Source of the DNA: a virus
Taxonomy: Duplodnaviria > Caudoviricetes
IMG/VR virus record: IMGVR_UViG_3300028048_000091
Location: 1 to 64,000 of that record
Direction: 5' to 3' (one strand)
Length of the DNA: 64,000 bases
Position numbers and translations under genes: made by a program. Shown one piece after another: positions 30,849-40,754 of the stretch. Every line of letters begins with the position of its first letter. Positions within the stretch are counted from its first letter, which is position 1. A model generated the notes under the pieces. The model saw only the letters and a program-made list of their open reading frames with translations. It searched no databases and had not been told where the DNA came from.

Positions 30849-31307
30849 TCATTGCTCATATATGGTTATTGGTTCTTTAAGAAAATACTCTTCACTTATA
30901 ATATAGCATTCATTATCATTGCCATTTCTTTTCAAAAAATAATAATCATAGCCGTCATTGTGCTTTTCTGTCTCTATTGCATCGTATCTGATAACGGTAA
31001 ACTCTGTGATTTCGTGATTAAGCAATACCTTAACAATATCGTCTTTTTTAAAAAAAGGTATATGGGGGTGTGCAATTTTCCTTACACATTTAAGTATCAT
31101 GGGTTCTTTACCTTCGTTTTTCAAATATTGGCCAAGAGAAGGTTCTTTTTTAGTTCTGTATTCACAGTAATAGACTATTTCCTTATCTCGATATGTACGC
31201 AGGAAATTTGCATCATATATTGATAATTCAGAACTGTAATCTTCAAATTCAACTCCATCGACAGTAATAGTTCTGTCTTCGTTCATAGATGTAATTAATC
31301 CACTCAT
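30849..31307 (-). CDS. Hypothetical protein
   Basis: Downstream of the promoter at 31338. Confidence 0.55.
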   Translation of the reverse strand: MSGLITSMNEDRTITVDGVEFEDYSSELSIYDANFLRTYRDKEIVYYCEYRTKKEPSLGQYLKNEGKEPMILKCVRKIAHPHIPFFKKDDIVKVLLNHEITEFTVIRYDAIETEKHNDGYDYYFLKRNGNDNECYIISEEYFLKEPITIYEQ

Positions 31308-31662
31308 TTGTTTTAATGTTATTTTTTTATTTTCAATTGCAAATATACTATTAATATATCATATAACAAAATATTTTTCAAGTTTTTTAACTTAATATTT
31401 ATTTCTCCCCTAAAACTTGAATTTTTTACTCAATTGCTAATATTTATATTTGAAGTCAAGGTAGAAAACGCTGGCATTCTTGCTAAATTGTAATGGAATC
31501 TATATTCCGAGAGTATACTTAAAGTAACCTTCAAAATAGACATACACGCAAAGCAGAACCGATATTGTGCCAACATCTTTTTTTATTGTTTGCAAAAAAG
31601 GCTTTTCAGAGGATATATAATATAAAGGAAGAATAATAAAAAATTAACATACATAAGATAAA

Positions 31663-31941
31663 ATGGCTAGAAAACATTTAGTACACGTTAAATCTAATCA
31701 GACCGTTACAGTTGGAGATGTAACTTCAGCAAAATTGCCAACCATTGCAGGTACTGCTGATGACATTGTATATGGCGAGCTTGCTGTTAACTATAAGAAG
31801 GGCTATGAAACAATCTCAACAAGAAACGATAATAATGAAATCGTTGAATTTGCTTCAAAAGGCTATGTTGATAACAAGACAGGCAATGTAGAACCGACAA
31901 GTTCTGCACAGAATGCATTCAGCGACCTCGACCTGAGATAA
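31663..31941 (+). CDS. Short tail-fibre N-terminal-like protein
   Basis: HVKSNQ...LPT...YGELAVNY motif resembling phage fibre attachment modules. Confidence 0.5.
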   Translation: MARKHLVHVKSNQTVTVGDVTSAKLPTIAGTADDIVYGELAVNYKKGYETISTRNDNNEIVEFASKGYVDNKTGNVEPTSSAQNAFSDLDLR

Positions 31942-32097
31942 AAGGTTAAGAAAAAAAGGAAAAGACAATATATATTTCTTTATTCCATTTCTTCTTTTCT
32001 TTCTAACAAACATCAACAAGGAAAGTAGAAAGATATATATGGTCAGGGTGGAAAAACAAAATAAATCTAATTTCATAAAAAATATAGATAAATAACA

Positions 32098-34593
32098 ATG
32101 CCAAATTCAAATAGAATAACAAAAGACTGGCTCGATATAGCAGATGCTAACCTTTCCAAGAAATTACAACCACTTGCAAATGCAAAGGTAGTAAGAGTAC
32201 TTGATACAGCACCAAGTACAACACAGGAATGGGAGGCACTTACAAGCTATACCATTGACGGAGTTACACATGCATTCAAACCGGGTGATGAGGTCAGAGT
32301 ACCGGATAACGGTAGCGAAACAGGCTATACCTATTATAAACTCGATGCAATTGTCTCAGGGGCTGCTAAATGGGCTTTATCTGAAAGCGATGTGACTTCA
32401 AGAGTTAAGATAACCGTAAACCTCGATGCATACGTAAGCACCGACGGTAATACATATACAAAGACATCTGGTACAGAACTTGAAGGGGTGGTAGTTACCC
32501 TTACAGAAAACAGTGAAGGTACTTCTGTCAGCAAGACCGTGGCTTCAGGGGAAACAAGCGTGATATTCAAAGGTGTTGCACCATTGCTTACCTATACATT
32601 AAGCGTAAGTGCCATCGACGGATATTCACAACCGGCCAACCAAACAATCACTAACCCACAAATGGGTGATGAACTGACAAATACATTCGAATACTATGCA
32701 GATGAATATACATTCACCGCTACAAGTAACCAAGATACACAAAGTACACCGGATGAAACTATCGCTGCTGTAAAGGCAACCATTACATACGGTGGGGAAA
32801 GCTATCAGAAAATCGGTACAATGAAGTTACCAAAGGATACCGTACCGACAAGCGTTACATGGCCGGATGTTACAGGGTATAGTAAAACAAGTAGCAATAC
32901 AGGGTTTGCGTATAGCGCAGAATATAGCACTGAGGTATGTGTGGTGAACGTAAGTGCTCTTAACTCACAGGAAGAAACTGTGGCGGCTGACGGTGCCACT
33001 GTAAGTATCAACGGTATTGATTATGTATTGCAAGATGGTACACAGGGGGCTACTAAATCAGGAAATATATGGACCGTTACTACTAAAATACCATATAATA
33101 CTACATACTCCATTGCTGCTACAGGACTTACAGGATATGATGACCCAACTACTATAAGCAATATTACAAGCAACCAAATTACTAGAACAGTCAATTTGGA
33201 GTTTACTGAGAGAATTGAAAATGGTGTCTATGCATACTATTCAGATGGTAGTTTGAAACCATATGCCTCTGCTACAAGTGATGCTATTGGCGTGGCTGTG
33301 ATAGACGATGATGCATACTTCGTAATCGATAAAACAAATGTAACAGGTGATTATAAGAAGTTTGGCGGCTACGATAGGGATTTATCAAGTACAAATATAG
33401 TACTTACAACTGATAGTGCTACTGCTAAGACTGATTTTGATGGATATAGGAATACAACTAAACTAATCTCAGCTTGTGCTGGATATACAGATAGTACATA
33501 TCGTATTACTGGTGCACCAGCTGCTGAGGCATGTAGGTCACAATTCAGTGGAAAAGGCTATTTAGCGGCTGCTGGTGAATGGGACGTTGCCTATAAATAC
33601 AAAACAGATATCACTTCCATGATGTCTAAAATTGGTGGTACAGCATTGACAGAAAGCGACTATTGGACATCAACCTTATATAATACGTCTACCACTTCGT
33701 GGGGACTCAATTGGCGTAATGGTGGTTTCCCTGGCGACCATAGGAGTAGCAGCGGCCTTTACGTTAGGGCGTTCGCTGCTCTTAATACTTCATTAACTTT
33801 AACACTTGTATCCTTAGATACAAGTGGAGTAAGTGGTCTCTCCGTTATAGTTACTGATAGAACCGGTACCTCTCAGACCTTTACCTCAGATAGTAATGGA
33901 CAAGTAACTGTTAGTAGTCTTGCTTGCGGACAGGTTAATGTATCTGTTGCCGGTAAAGCAACCTTGAATGGTACTGGTACATTTAATGTTAATAGAAGTG
34001 TAACTACGCATACAACTACAATAAAAACGCCATCTACAGGTGTGTATGCATACTATGCAGACGGAAGTATGAGTACTACAGGTACATCAACGGCTATTGG
34101 CGTTGCAGTTATAACAAGCAATTCAGCATTTGTTATTGATAAAACTAATATACCAGCTGCTGGCGGTTTAACAACTGTTCGTTATGGTGGCTATAATAAG
34201 GATTTAACCGGCGCTGCAATGATAGCCACTGATACTACAACTGCCAAGACTGATTTCAGAGGTCAGCAGAATAGTATAAATATTGCTGCTGCTTGTAGTG
34301 GGTATGCAGATGGATACAGAACCGGTTCCGCTGCTGAGGATTGCCAAAGTAGATTTAATGGAAAAGGTTATCTTGGAGCATTTGGTGAATGGTATGATGC
34401 TTATCAGAATAAAACAGCTGTGAATAGTATGATGACAGCTATTGGTGGTACTGCAATAACAAGTGGTAACTATTGGACTTCAACTTTATATGATGCGTCT
34501 ACCCGTTCGTGGCTACTCTATTGGTATGATGGTGGTGTCAATAGCTACTATAGGTATAGCGGCAATTATGTCAGGGCGTTCGCTGCTCTTTAA
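32098..34593 (+). CDS. Ig-like-domain adhesin/fibre with two tandem C-type-lectin DGR target domains
   Basis: Thr/Ser-rich beta-sandwich repeats; two GVYAYY.DG...YWTSTLY...YVRAFAAL domains. Confidence 0.85.
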   Translation: MPNSNRITKDWLDIADANLSKKLQPLANAKVVRVLDTAPSTTQEWEALTSYTIDGVTHAFKPGDEVRVPDNGSETGYTYYKLDAIVSGAAKWALSESDVTSRVKITVNLDAYVSTDGNTYTKTSGTELEGVVVTLTENSEGTSVSKTVASGETSVIFKGVAPLLTYTLSVSAIDGYSQPANQTITNPQMGDELTNTFEYYADEYTFTATSNQDTQSTPDETIAAVKATITYGGESYQKIGTMKLPKDTVPTSVTWPDVTGYSKTSSNTGFAYSAEYSTEVCVVNVSALNSQEETVAADGATVSINGIDYVLQDGTQGATKSGNIWTVTTKIPYNTTYSIAATGLTGYDDPTTISNITSNQITRTVNLEFTERIENGVYAYYSDGSLKPYASATSDAIGVAVIDDDAYFVIDKTNVTGDYKKFGGYDRDLSSTNIVLTTDSATAKTDFDGYRNTTKLISACAGYTDSTYRITGAPAAEACRSQFSGKGYLAAAGEWDVAYKYKTDITSMMSKIGGTALTESDYWTSTLYNTSTTSWGLNWRNGGFPGDHRSSSGLYVRAFAALNTSLTLTLVSLDTSGVSGLSVIVTDRTGTSQTFTSDSNGQVTVSSLACGQVNVSVAGKATLNGTGTFNVNRSVTTHTTTIKTPSTGVYAYYADGSMSTTGTSTAIGVAVITSNSAFVIDKTNIPAAGGLTTVRYGGYNKDLTGAAMIATDTTTAKTDFRGQQNSINIAAACSGYADGYRTGSAAEDCQSRFNGKGYLGAFGEWYDAYQNKTAVNSMMTAIGGTAITSGNYWTSTLYDASTRSWLLYWYDGGVNSYYRYSGNYVRAFAAL
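33661..33783 (+). repeat. DGR variable region VR2 (internal to the ORF)
   Basis: Aligns to VR1/VR3; carries one extra NNC codon. Confidence 0.8.
34471..34590 (+). repeat. DGR variable region VR3
   Basis: Aligns to VR1/VR2; ends in the invariant agggcgttcgctgctctt. Confidence 0.8.
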
Positions 34594-34600
34594 ACCTTTA

Positions 34601-34640
34601 AATATTCTCCCCTTATTTTTTGGGGAGAATATTCTTTTTT
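34601..34640 (+). terminator. Hairpin after VR3 (terminator and/or DGR target hairpin)
   Basis: aatattctcccc / ggggagaatatt 12-bp stem plus T tract. Confidence 0.7.
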
Positions 34641-34774
34641 AGCCTTTTTTACACAATAAAAAAGGCTCTTTTTGTATTTATTAAAATAAAGTATACAGAG
34701 CTATCAATAAAAAACATAGACTATTCTCACGAACGGTCTATGTCAAAATGTCTAATTTAAAATTCTTATGATAA

Positions 34775-35338
34775 TTAACTTTTATCTCTTTCAATAAACT
34801 TCTGCATATTTTCTTCAACGAACTGTGCCTTTGCTTTAAGGATAACAGTTACGAAATCCTCCTTAAACTCACCTGTAAATGGTGTTGCAAGCACTGACAG
34901 TGGCTTGGTAAGTGCACGTCTATAAGCAATCTCTGCACCTATATTCTTATCATTTTCATCCTGTGGATGACAGATAGAATAGCCAACGGTTAGAATTTTA
35001 TTCTTCTGCGATTTAATCCCCGGAGCAGCAACATGATAGATATCCACAACACCTGTCATAACCACTGTACGTCCATCAGCACATTTATGTTCATAGTTAT
35101 AGAGACGTGGATATGTTGATACATTTGCAGTATCTACCTCCGTAGGCGTTGATACCTTTTCAATCTCCTTACGTGTATAAGGCTTATAATTCTCAAAGCC
35201 ATCACCTGTCTTTACGACATACTCCACAGTAACTTTCTTACTGCCATCAGATGATTTCTTCAACTCACGGCCAACAACCGTACCAATCACATTAGTTTCC
35301 TTGACAACCACGTTGTCACCAATTCGAATTTTACTCAT
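34775..35338 (-). CDS. Hypothetical protein
   Basis: GYSICHPQD..D..IG..IA..RA motif. Confidence 0.6.
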   Translation of the reverse strand: MSKIRIGDNVVVKETNVIGTVVGRELKKSSDGSKKVTVEYVVKTGDGFENYKPYTRKEIEKVSTPTEVDTANVSTYPRLYNYEHKCADGRTVVMTGVVDIYHVAAPGIKSQKNKILTVGYSICHPQDENDKNIGAEIAYRRALTKPLSVLATPFTGEFKEDFVTVILKAKAQFVEENMQKFIERDKS

Positions 35339-35595
35339 AATTCTTAATTTTTAATTTTAATTAAACGTTTAATATAATGTTAATTTACTTTTGTTCTTTT
35401 AGTTTTTCCAAATCGTCTTCCTCATTAAGGGTGTTATATATCTTTATAAGTTGATTTGTTGCATCTCTGTTTAACGAACAATAATCTCGGTTTAGTATTC
35501 TATCGTAGTTATTTAACTCGTCCAGAATATCAGCTAAAATTGCTCTCTGAATTTCTATTGTCATTTTTCTTCTAATTTTAAATGTTAATTTACTT

Positions 35596-35964
35596 CTATG
35601 TCATTGATAATCTTGTGAAATGATGATACCTTTTTAGGGTATTCATGACATCCTCTTTAATTTTTTCAGCAAGTTCAGATGTCATACTATATGTGCCATT
35701 TACTGAAGGTTCTAACAAATAACTATGTACAGTACCAAGTGAAAGTGGGCATTTTCTTGACCTATTTTCCAAGAATGTATTTAGGTTTTCATATATGTTG
35801 TCCAAACTTGCATTATATTTTGCCTCATTATATCTCGGATTATCAGTTATAGCAACCCACTTAAAAGTGCTGTCATTATATATCCTATTAGTAGATACAT
35901 GTTCACTTATAATGTATTTAATTTCACCAATTGATAAATGTCTCATTTTAATTAATTTATACAA
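35596..35964 (-). CDS. Hypothetical protein
   Basis: 122 aa ORF. Confidence 0.5.
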   Translation of the reverse strand: MYKLIKMRHLSIGEIKYIISEHVSTNRIYNDSTFKWVAITDNPRYNEAKYNASLDNIYENLNTFLENRSRKCPLSLGTVHSYLLEPSVNGTYSMTSELAEKIKEDVMNTLKRYHHFTRLSMT

Positions 35965-36607
35965 TCATTTCTCTTTCTGCCTTTTTCCTCATTGCATAAT
36001 GTATGAATTTCTCACCATTTGTTTTTTCCTTAAAATAGGAATATAGTTTTTCCAATGAAACAAAGCCAAAATCAGCAAGTTTGCCATCAATTCCGACATC
36101 AACCCTTAAATCAGTAGACTCTTCATTATATTCATCAAGATGTGAGTGAGTATGCCCGTGTGCTTCCACACATCCATAATGTTTGCTTGGCCATGTTACA
36201 AATGGGTAATGGCACATACAGACTTGGAAATCCTCATCAAGGAAATCATAGTTGGATTTCTTAAAGGTAACACATTTAATATGTATTATTTGTTTGAAGT
36301 ATCCTTCAAGATGTTCTGATGATTTATCATGGTTGCCGATAATAAGGAATTTCTGTCCATTTAGTTTTCCAAGTAACCTTTTGACATTATCGGGTGAACC
36401 AAAAGCAAAATCACCCAATATATAGACAATATCCTTTTTGCCAATGGTTTTATTCCATTTCTCCAAAAGCCATTTATCATGACTTTCAACATCATCAACT
36501 TCAAACCCACCGTTTTCAGCACGCCTTGGGCAATGCTTTAATACATTTTTATGATGAAAATGCAGTTACAGGTCAGCCGTAAACCATACTTGCGGAAGAT
36601 GGTTCAT
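35957..36607 (-). pseudogene. Metallophosphoesterase interrupted by an in-frame 6-nt insertion containing TAA
   Basis: WFTADL*LHFHHKN...GDFA...GNHD...HYP...HGHTH; stop at 36566-36568. Confidence 0.75.
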
Positions 36608-36660
36608 CGGCTGAGTCTTTTTATCTGTTTCGTTTTTCATATTATTTAAAATTTACTTTG

Positions 36661-36861
36661 TTATTCCGCGTGTTTCTTAATACGATAACCAAGAACGGTA
36701 CGGTATATACACATCGCATGATACTGTGTAATCAACAGTTCCTGCTCATCTCGGTCTACTTTTTCAAATTTTTCTTTGTTAGCAATGAAATCTGAAAGTT
36801 TGTTAGCACGTTCATCCAATTCTATACATTCATCACACATTCTTTTTACGAAGTCTTCCAT
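36661..36861 (-). CDS. crAss001_48-like small protein
   Basis: RM..E..EL.ER..KL..F...LL..Q..AM..Y..VL..RI pattern. Confidence 0.6.
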   Translation of the reverse strand: MEDFVKRMCDECIELDERANKLSDFIANKEKFEKVDRDEQELLITQYHAMCIYRTVLGYRIKKHAE

Positions 36862-36884
36862 ATGTTCTATATATAAATTTTTAT

Positions 36885-37271
36885 TTATTTTTCTGATAAT
36901 TCATCTGCTAATTCCCTAAGTATAGTTACCATTTCAGAATTACTAATTGAATTTTTGTTGGCCATTATTTCCTGCCTTAAAGAATCCTTTACACCATCAA
37001 GAGTAACAACTGTTCCAAAGTTTATATGATACGTTTGCGGATTTTCTTTATCAAGTTTAATATATTCTTCATATCTATTAGTTAATCGTGAGGCACTATA
37101 TTCATATAGTAGTTTAATAAAACTATCACTATATATTGCACTTTTAACCAATACCATTTCTGGATTATCAAATATCACCTTTGCCAATACCTCATGGTTT
37201 TCATCCTCAAAAGTATAATGTCCTACCTTTACATATACTAATCTGATTTTATTCTCTGTAAGTGAATCCAT
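36885..37271 (-). CDS. Hypothetical protein
   Basis: 128 aa ORF. Confidence 0.55.
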   Translation of the reverse strand: MDSLTENKIRLVYVKVGHYTFEDENHEVLAKVIFDNPEMVLVKSAIYSDSFIKLLYEYSASRLTNRYEEYIKLDKENPQTYHINFGTVVTLDGVKDSLRQEIMANKNSISNSEMVTILRELADELSEK

Positions 37272-37274
37272 GCT

Positions 37275-37748
37275 CTAATCTATATTAATCAATACTTTTT
37301 CAAAGTTAGTCCAAGACTGTGTTGCCTCATATACAAGATTTGCAATGAATTTCAATTGCTCAAGTGTTTCTTTTTGTTCTTCAAGATACCTCTCACTTGA
37401 TTGTATTTCACTCCATAAATCCTCATGGTATCCGCCTTCCTTTAACATCTTATATGTTATTTCAAGACGTTTCTCCGTGGATTTAACTTCGCTTTCATAC
37501 TCTGAAACAACACGTTTTGCATCCTCATGGGTTAATTCTGTATACTTTTCTTCCATGCCACAATATGCAGGATTCAAAGTATCATTGTATGCTTGATAAA
37601 TAGCATTACTCCTTGAATAACACATAAGAAGCAACGGAACACCCTTTGAAATCTCGATTTCCTCTTCTTTCTCTCCGCCTTCAGGTGAGAAACTGTATTT
37701 CTTTTTAGTTTTCTTCGGAACTAAATAAAAACTTAAATATGAACTCAT
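37275..37748 (-). CDS. Hypothetical protein
   Basis: Downstream of the promoter at 37784. Confidence 0.6.
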   Translation of the reverse strand: MSSYLSFYLVPKKTKKKYSFSPEGGEKEEEIEISKGVPLLLMCYSRSNAIYQAYNDTLNPAYCGMEEKYTELTHEDAKRVVSEYESEVKSTEKRLEITYKMLKEGGYHEDLWSEIQSSERYLEEQKETLEQLKFIANLVYEATQSWTNFEKVLINID

Positions 37749-37954
37749 TTTAATTTAAATCCTATTGTTTTATTCTTTCTGTCTGCAAAGGTACTATCTT
37801 TTTCTGAAATATCCAAATAAAAAATGTTAAAATTACTGAAAAATATCATTTTTCACATAAAATGCACGTTTAACCTTTGCTAAAACATCAGGATTAGGGG
37901 TATCACACGGATTATGTTCCTCTATTTTATAGATATCACCATAGCAACAGTATA

Positions 37955-39214
37955 TTAAAACTTGAACAAACTTGTCTGTTCATTATTAACTTCTTGTTTC
38001 AACCTACCACTGCTTTTTAGTACCTCATTGCTGAGTCTGTCATCCACAGTTGGGTAGTCCACAAGCGTGAATTCGGATGTACTGCACCCTATTATTCTTA
38101 ATCCCTCATCAAGTATATTTAATGCTGCATTGTAGTCCCTTTCAATCACCTCACCACATTGAGGGCAAGCCCATTGTCTATCATTTAATGTGAGGCTTTT
38201 ATTGATGTAACCGCAATTATGGCAAGTCTTACTTGACGGATAAAACCTATCAACAAATACTATCTTTCGGTTATACCAATTTGCCTTATATTCAAGCATC
38301 CTACGAAACTCACCGAAGTTCATTTCACAAATACTCTCTGCAAGATTATGATTCTTAACCATTCCTTTCACGTTCAAGTCTTCCATACATATGACTTGGT
38401 TTTCGTCAATGAGTGAATTACTTACTGTGTGAAGATAGTATTGCTTCTTGTCGTTTATCTTTTTATATAACTTAGCAAGTTTAATCCTTGCCTTGTTTCT
38501 GTTATTGCTTCCTTTCTGTTTTTTCGACAACTGACGTTGTAACCTCTTAATCTTCTTTGTTTCAGACTTCTTGAAATGAAGATTGTTGAATACTTCTCCG
38601 TCACTTGTTATTACAAAGTCCTTTATTCCAAGGTCAATACCTACAACAGCATTGGTTTCTTTTACCTTGTGGGTCAAATCACCATCAACCAATATGGACA
38701 AGTAGTATTCTCCACACGGCAATCTTGTTAATGTTGCTTGTCTGATATTATCGTGATGCTTCTGTAGATACTGCGCATATTTCTCATTGCATCTGAATCT
38801 GACATTTCTTATGTTTGCAAGTGACAAATAATATGTTGTATAGTTGTTACGTTTAGAAATCGCTCCTAATTCAAACCTACAACTTTGTTTGTTGTCGTGC
38901 TTTGATTTGAATTTAGGAAATCCACTATGTTGCTCAAAGAAATTCTTATAAGCGGAAAGCATATCTTTCACGGCTTGTTTGAGAACCTTTGTGTTCTGTT
39001 CTCTGAGCCAAATGAAATTATCATCCTTCAATAGTTCGTGATGAACAAATTGCCCAAGCGTAGAAAGGTTTTCTGATTTACCGTCATTCTTATATGATTC
39101 TATTTTTCTGTTAAGGCATTGATTATAGACAACACGGTAGCATCCAAGCAACTTATTGAACATTGTTGCTTGTTCCTTGTTCGGATATAACCTTATCTTA
39201 ACTGCTCTTAACAT
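37955..39214 (-). CDS. tnpB: TnpB RNA-guided endonuclease
   Basis: KIRLYP HTH, GIDLG (RuvC I), MEDL (RuvC II), CHNCG/CPQCG Zn finger, RDYNAA (RuvC III). Confidence 0.95.
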   Translation of the reverse strand: MLRAVKIRLYPNKEQATMFNKLLGCYRVVYNQCLNRKIESYKNDGKSENLSTLGQFVHHELLKDDNFIWLREQNTKVLKQAVKDMLSAYKNFFEQHSGFPKFKSKHDNKQSCRFELGAISKRNNYTTYYLSLANIRNVRFRCNEKYAQYLQKHHDNIRQATLTRLPCGEYYLSILVDGDLTHKVKETNAVVGIDLGIKDFVITSDGEVFNNLHFKKSETKKIKRLQRQLSKKQKGSNNRNKARIKLAKLYKKINDKKQYYLHTVSNSLIDENQVICMEDLNVKGMVKNHNLAESICEMNFGEFRRMLEYKANWYNRKIVFVDRFYPSSKTCHNCGYINKSLTLNDRQWACPQCGEVIERDYNAALNILDEGLRIIGCSTSEFTLVDYPTVDDRLSNEVLKSSGRLKQEVNNEQTSLFKF

Positions 39215-39247
39215 CTTATTTGAATTTAGTAATTATCTATTATTTGA

Positions 39248-39394
39248 TTATGTCTGTTTATTAAAATATTCATCAATATTATCTACCCAAATGTCACCTA
39301 AACCATTACAATATGGGCAACGTTTTGGAAATATCCACCATTTAAATGTTTTTCCAATACCGTGACAGTGTTTACAAGTTACATAACCTCTCAT
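39248..39394 (-). CDS. DnaJ-type zinc-finger mini-protein (48 aa, not in ORF track)
   Basis: CKHCHGIG...CPYCNGLG; TAATG overlap with the upstream ORF. Confidence 0.65.
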   Translation of the reverse strand: MRGYVTCKHCHGIGKTFKWWIFPKRCPYCNGLGDIWVDNIDEYFNKQT

Positions 39395-39609
39395 TATAGT
39401 TCTTTTATTTTATAAGAAATTACTGAATAATCTTGTAATGCTCTATCGTATTTATATTTTCTAATTTGATATTTCTTTGTCTTATCTATTGTATTCCACC
39501 AATATGATTTTCCCTCTTCGTCTGTGATAGAACTTACACCATCAGTGTTTAATATGTCTTTAACTAATGCTTCACCATCTAATGTTCCACTAAATAATAA
39601 CTCTTCCAT
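39394..39609 (-). CDS. Hypothetical protein between tnpA and tnpB
   Basis: 71 aa ORF starting 2 nt after the tnpA stop. Confidence 0.55.
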   Translation of the reverse strand: MEELLFSGTLDGEALVKDILNTDGVSSITDEEGKSYWWNTIDKTKKYQIRKYKYDRALQDYSVISYKIKEL

Positions 39610-39611
39610 AA

Positions 39612-40229
39612 TTACGCTATGTTTTTATTCTTCTTACGTCTTTCTAAACTTCTTCTACCGTAATACTTGCCACTGAAACTAGCAAGTAAAGCCATTAAGT
39701 CTCTTGTTAATTCCTCTGCATCAGATACATCTTCCTTGTCATCTAAAACTATTATCTCACATCCAAATACAGCATACATCTTCTTGATAAAGTTGAACTG
39801 AAATCGTGTCAGTTTATCTTTATGTTCAACAATGACCTTATTTACTTTTCCATTAACAACCAAATCGGTCAACTGGGCAAACCCTTGTCTCTTATCATTC
39901 AAACCACTTCCACAATCCTTTATAATATGTTCAACATACAGATTATGTTTTGCGCAATATTCAGATAATCTTTGTGATTGCCTATCCAAGTCACCACTTA
40001 CTTTTTGTTTCTGCGAACTGACTCTTGCATATGTTGCACATACTTCTTGTTTAATCTCATCATTTTGTTCAACTCCTATTATTTTATTAATGTCAGATTC
40101 ACGGTATCGTCTGTGGCCACCAGATGTTAGAATTGGTTTAAGCTTATTTTCCTTATCCCATACTCTTAACGTCTTTGGCGTGACATCTAATATTTCTGCT
40201 GTCTTTGATATATTATATAGTTTATCCAT
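39612..40229 (-). CDS. tnpA: IS607-family transposase (MerR HTH plus serine recombinase)
   Basis: TLRVWD..GGHRRY; YARVSS; DLDRQ; GSGLNDKR; FSGKYYGRRS. Confidence 0.92.
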   Translation of the reverse strand: MDKLYNISKTAEILDVTPKTLRVWDKENKLKPILTSGGHRRYRESDINKIIGVEQNDEIKQEVCATYARVSSQKQKVSGDLDRQSQRLSEYCAKHNLYVEHIIKDCGSGLNDKRQGFAQLTDLVVNGKVNKVIVEHKDKLTRFQFNFIKKMYAVFGCEIIVLDDKEDVSDAEELTRDLMALLASFSGKYYGRRSLERRKKNKNIA

Positions 40230-40466
40230 TAATTAAGTTAATACTTCTTTTATTACATTCTCGCTCTTATCAACCAACTCTTGAAATTCTTCAAGCGTTA
40301 TTGACTCATCAACATCGAACATTAACGGGTATGTTTCTCCATTATCTGTTTCGAATGTTTTATTTTTAAAATCTATATTTGTTACTTTCATCATATATAA
40401 ATATATCGTTATTTTAAAAAGTTATCAATTTTTGTTAAAAAAAGTATAAAAAAGTTTAATTTTTTT

Positions 40467-40754
40467 TTATTTAATAGTTAAGTACACATTCTTAAAAGTG
40501 AAATCCTCAGTAATATCATCGAAATTAAGATTAAGGACGTTATCAGCATCAGCAAGGTAATGGTGAGCCTCGGTAACATCATAGAAATACTCCAATGCAC
40601 ATTCCTCTGACGCTGATATACTAATATATGCAACATCAGAACAATCCTTTGTCAAATCGGCAATAATAGGAAATGCACGCCTATTAACTACAATAATACT
40701 TTTCTTTTCAGCCTTATTCCTATTGGCTACCCAATCTTTAAACCATTCGTACAT
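40467..40754 (-). pseudogene. Truncated protein-tyrosine-phosphatase-like gene (N-terminal part)
   Basis: YISIS...VLNLNFDDI then an abrupt stop at the IS end; no HCxxGxSR motif. Confidence 0.45.

Larger units (their letters stand above)
37955..40466 (-). mobile_element. IS607-like element with intervening cargo ORFs (ends approximate)
   Basis: tnpA and tnpB co-oriented; aaaaagt short repeats at ~40415-40460; 53 aa ORF at 40233-40394. Confidence 0.6.
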
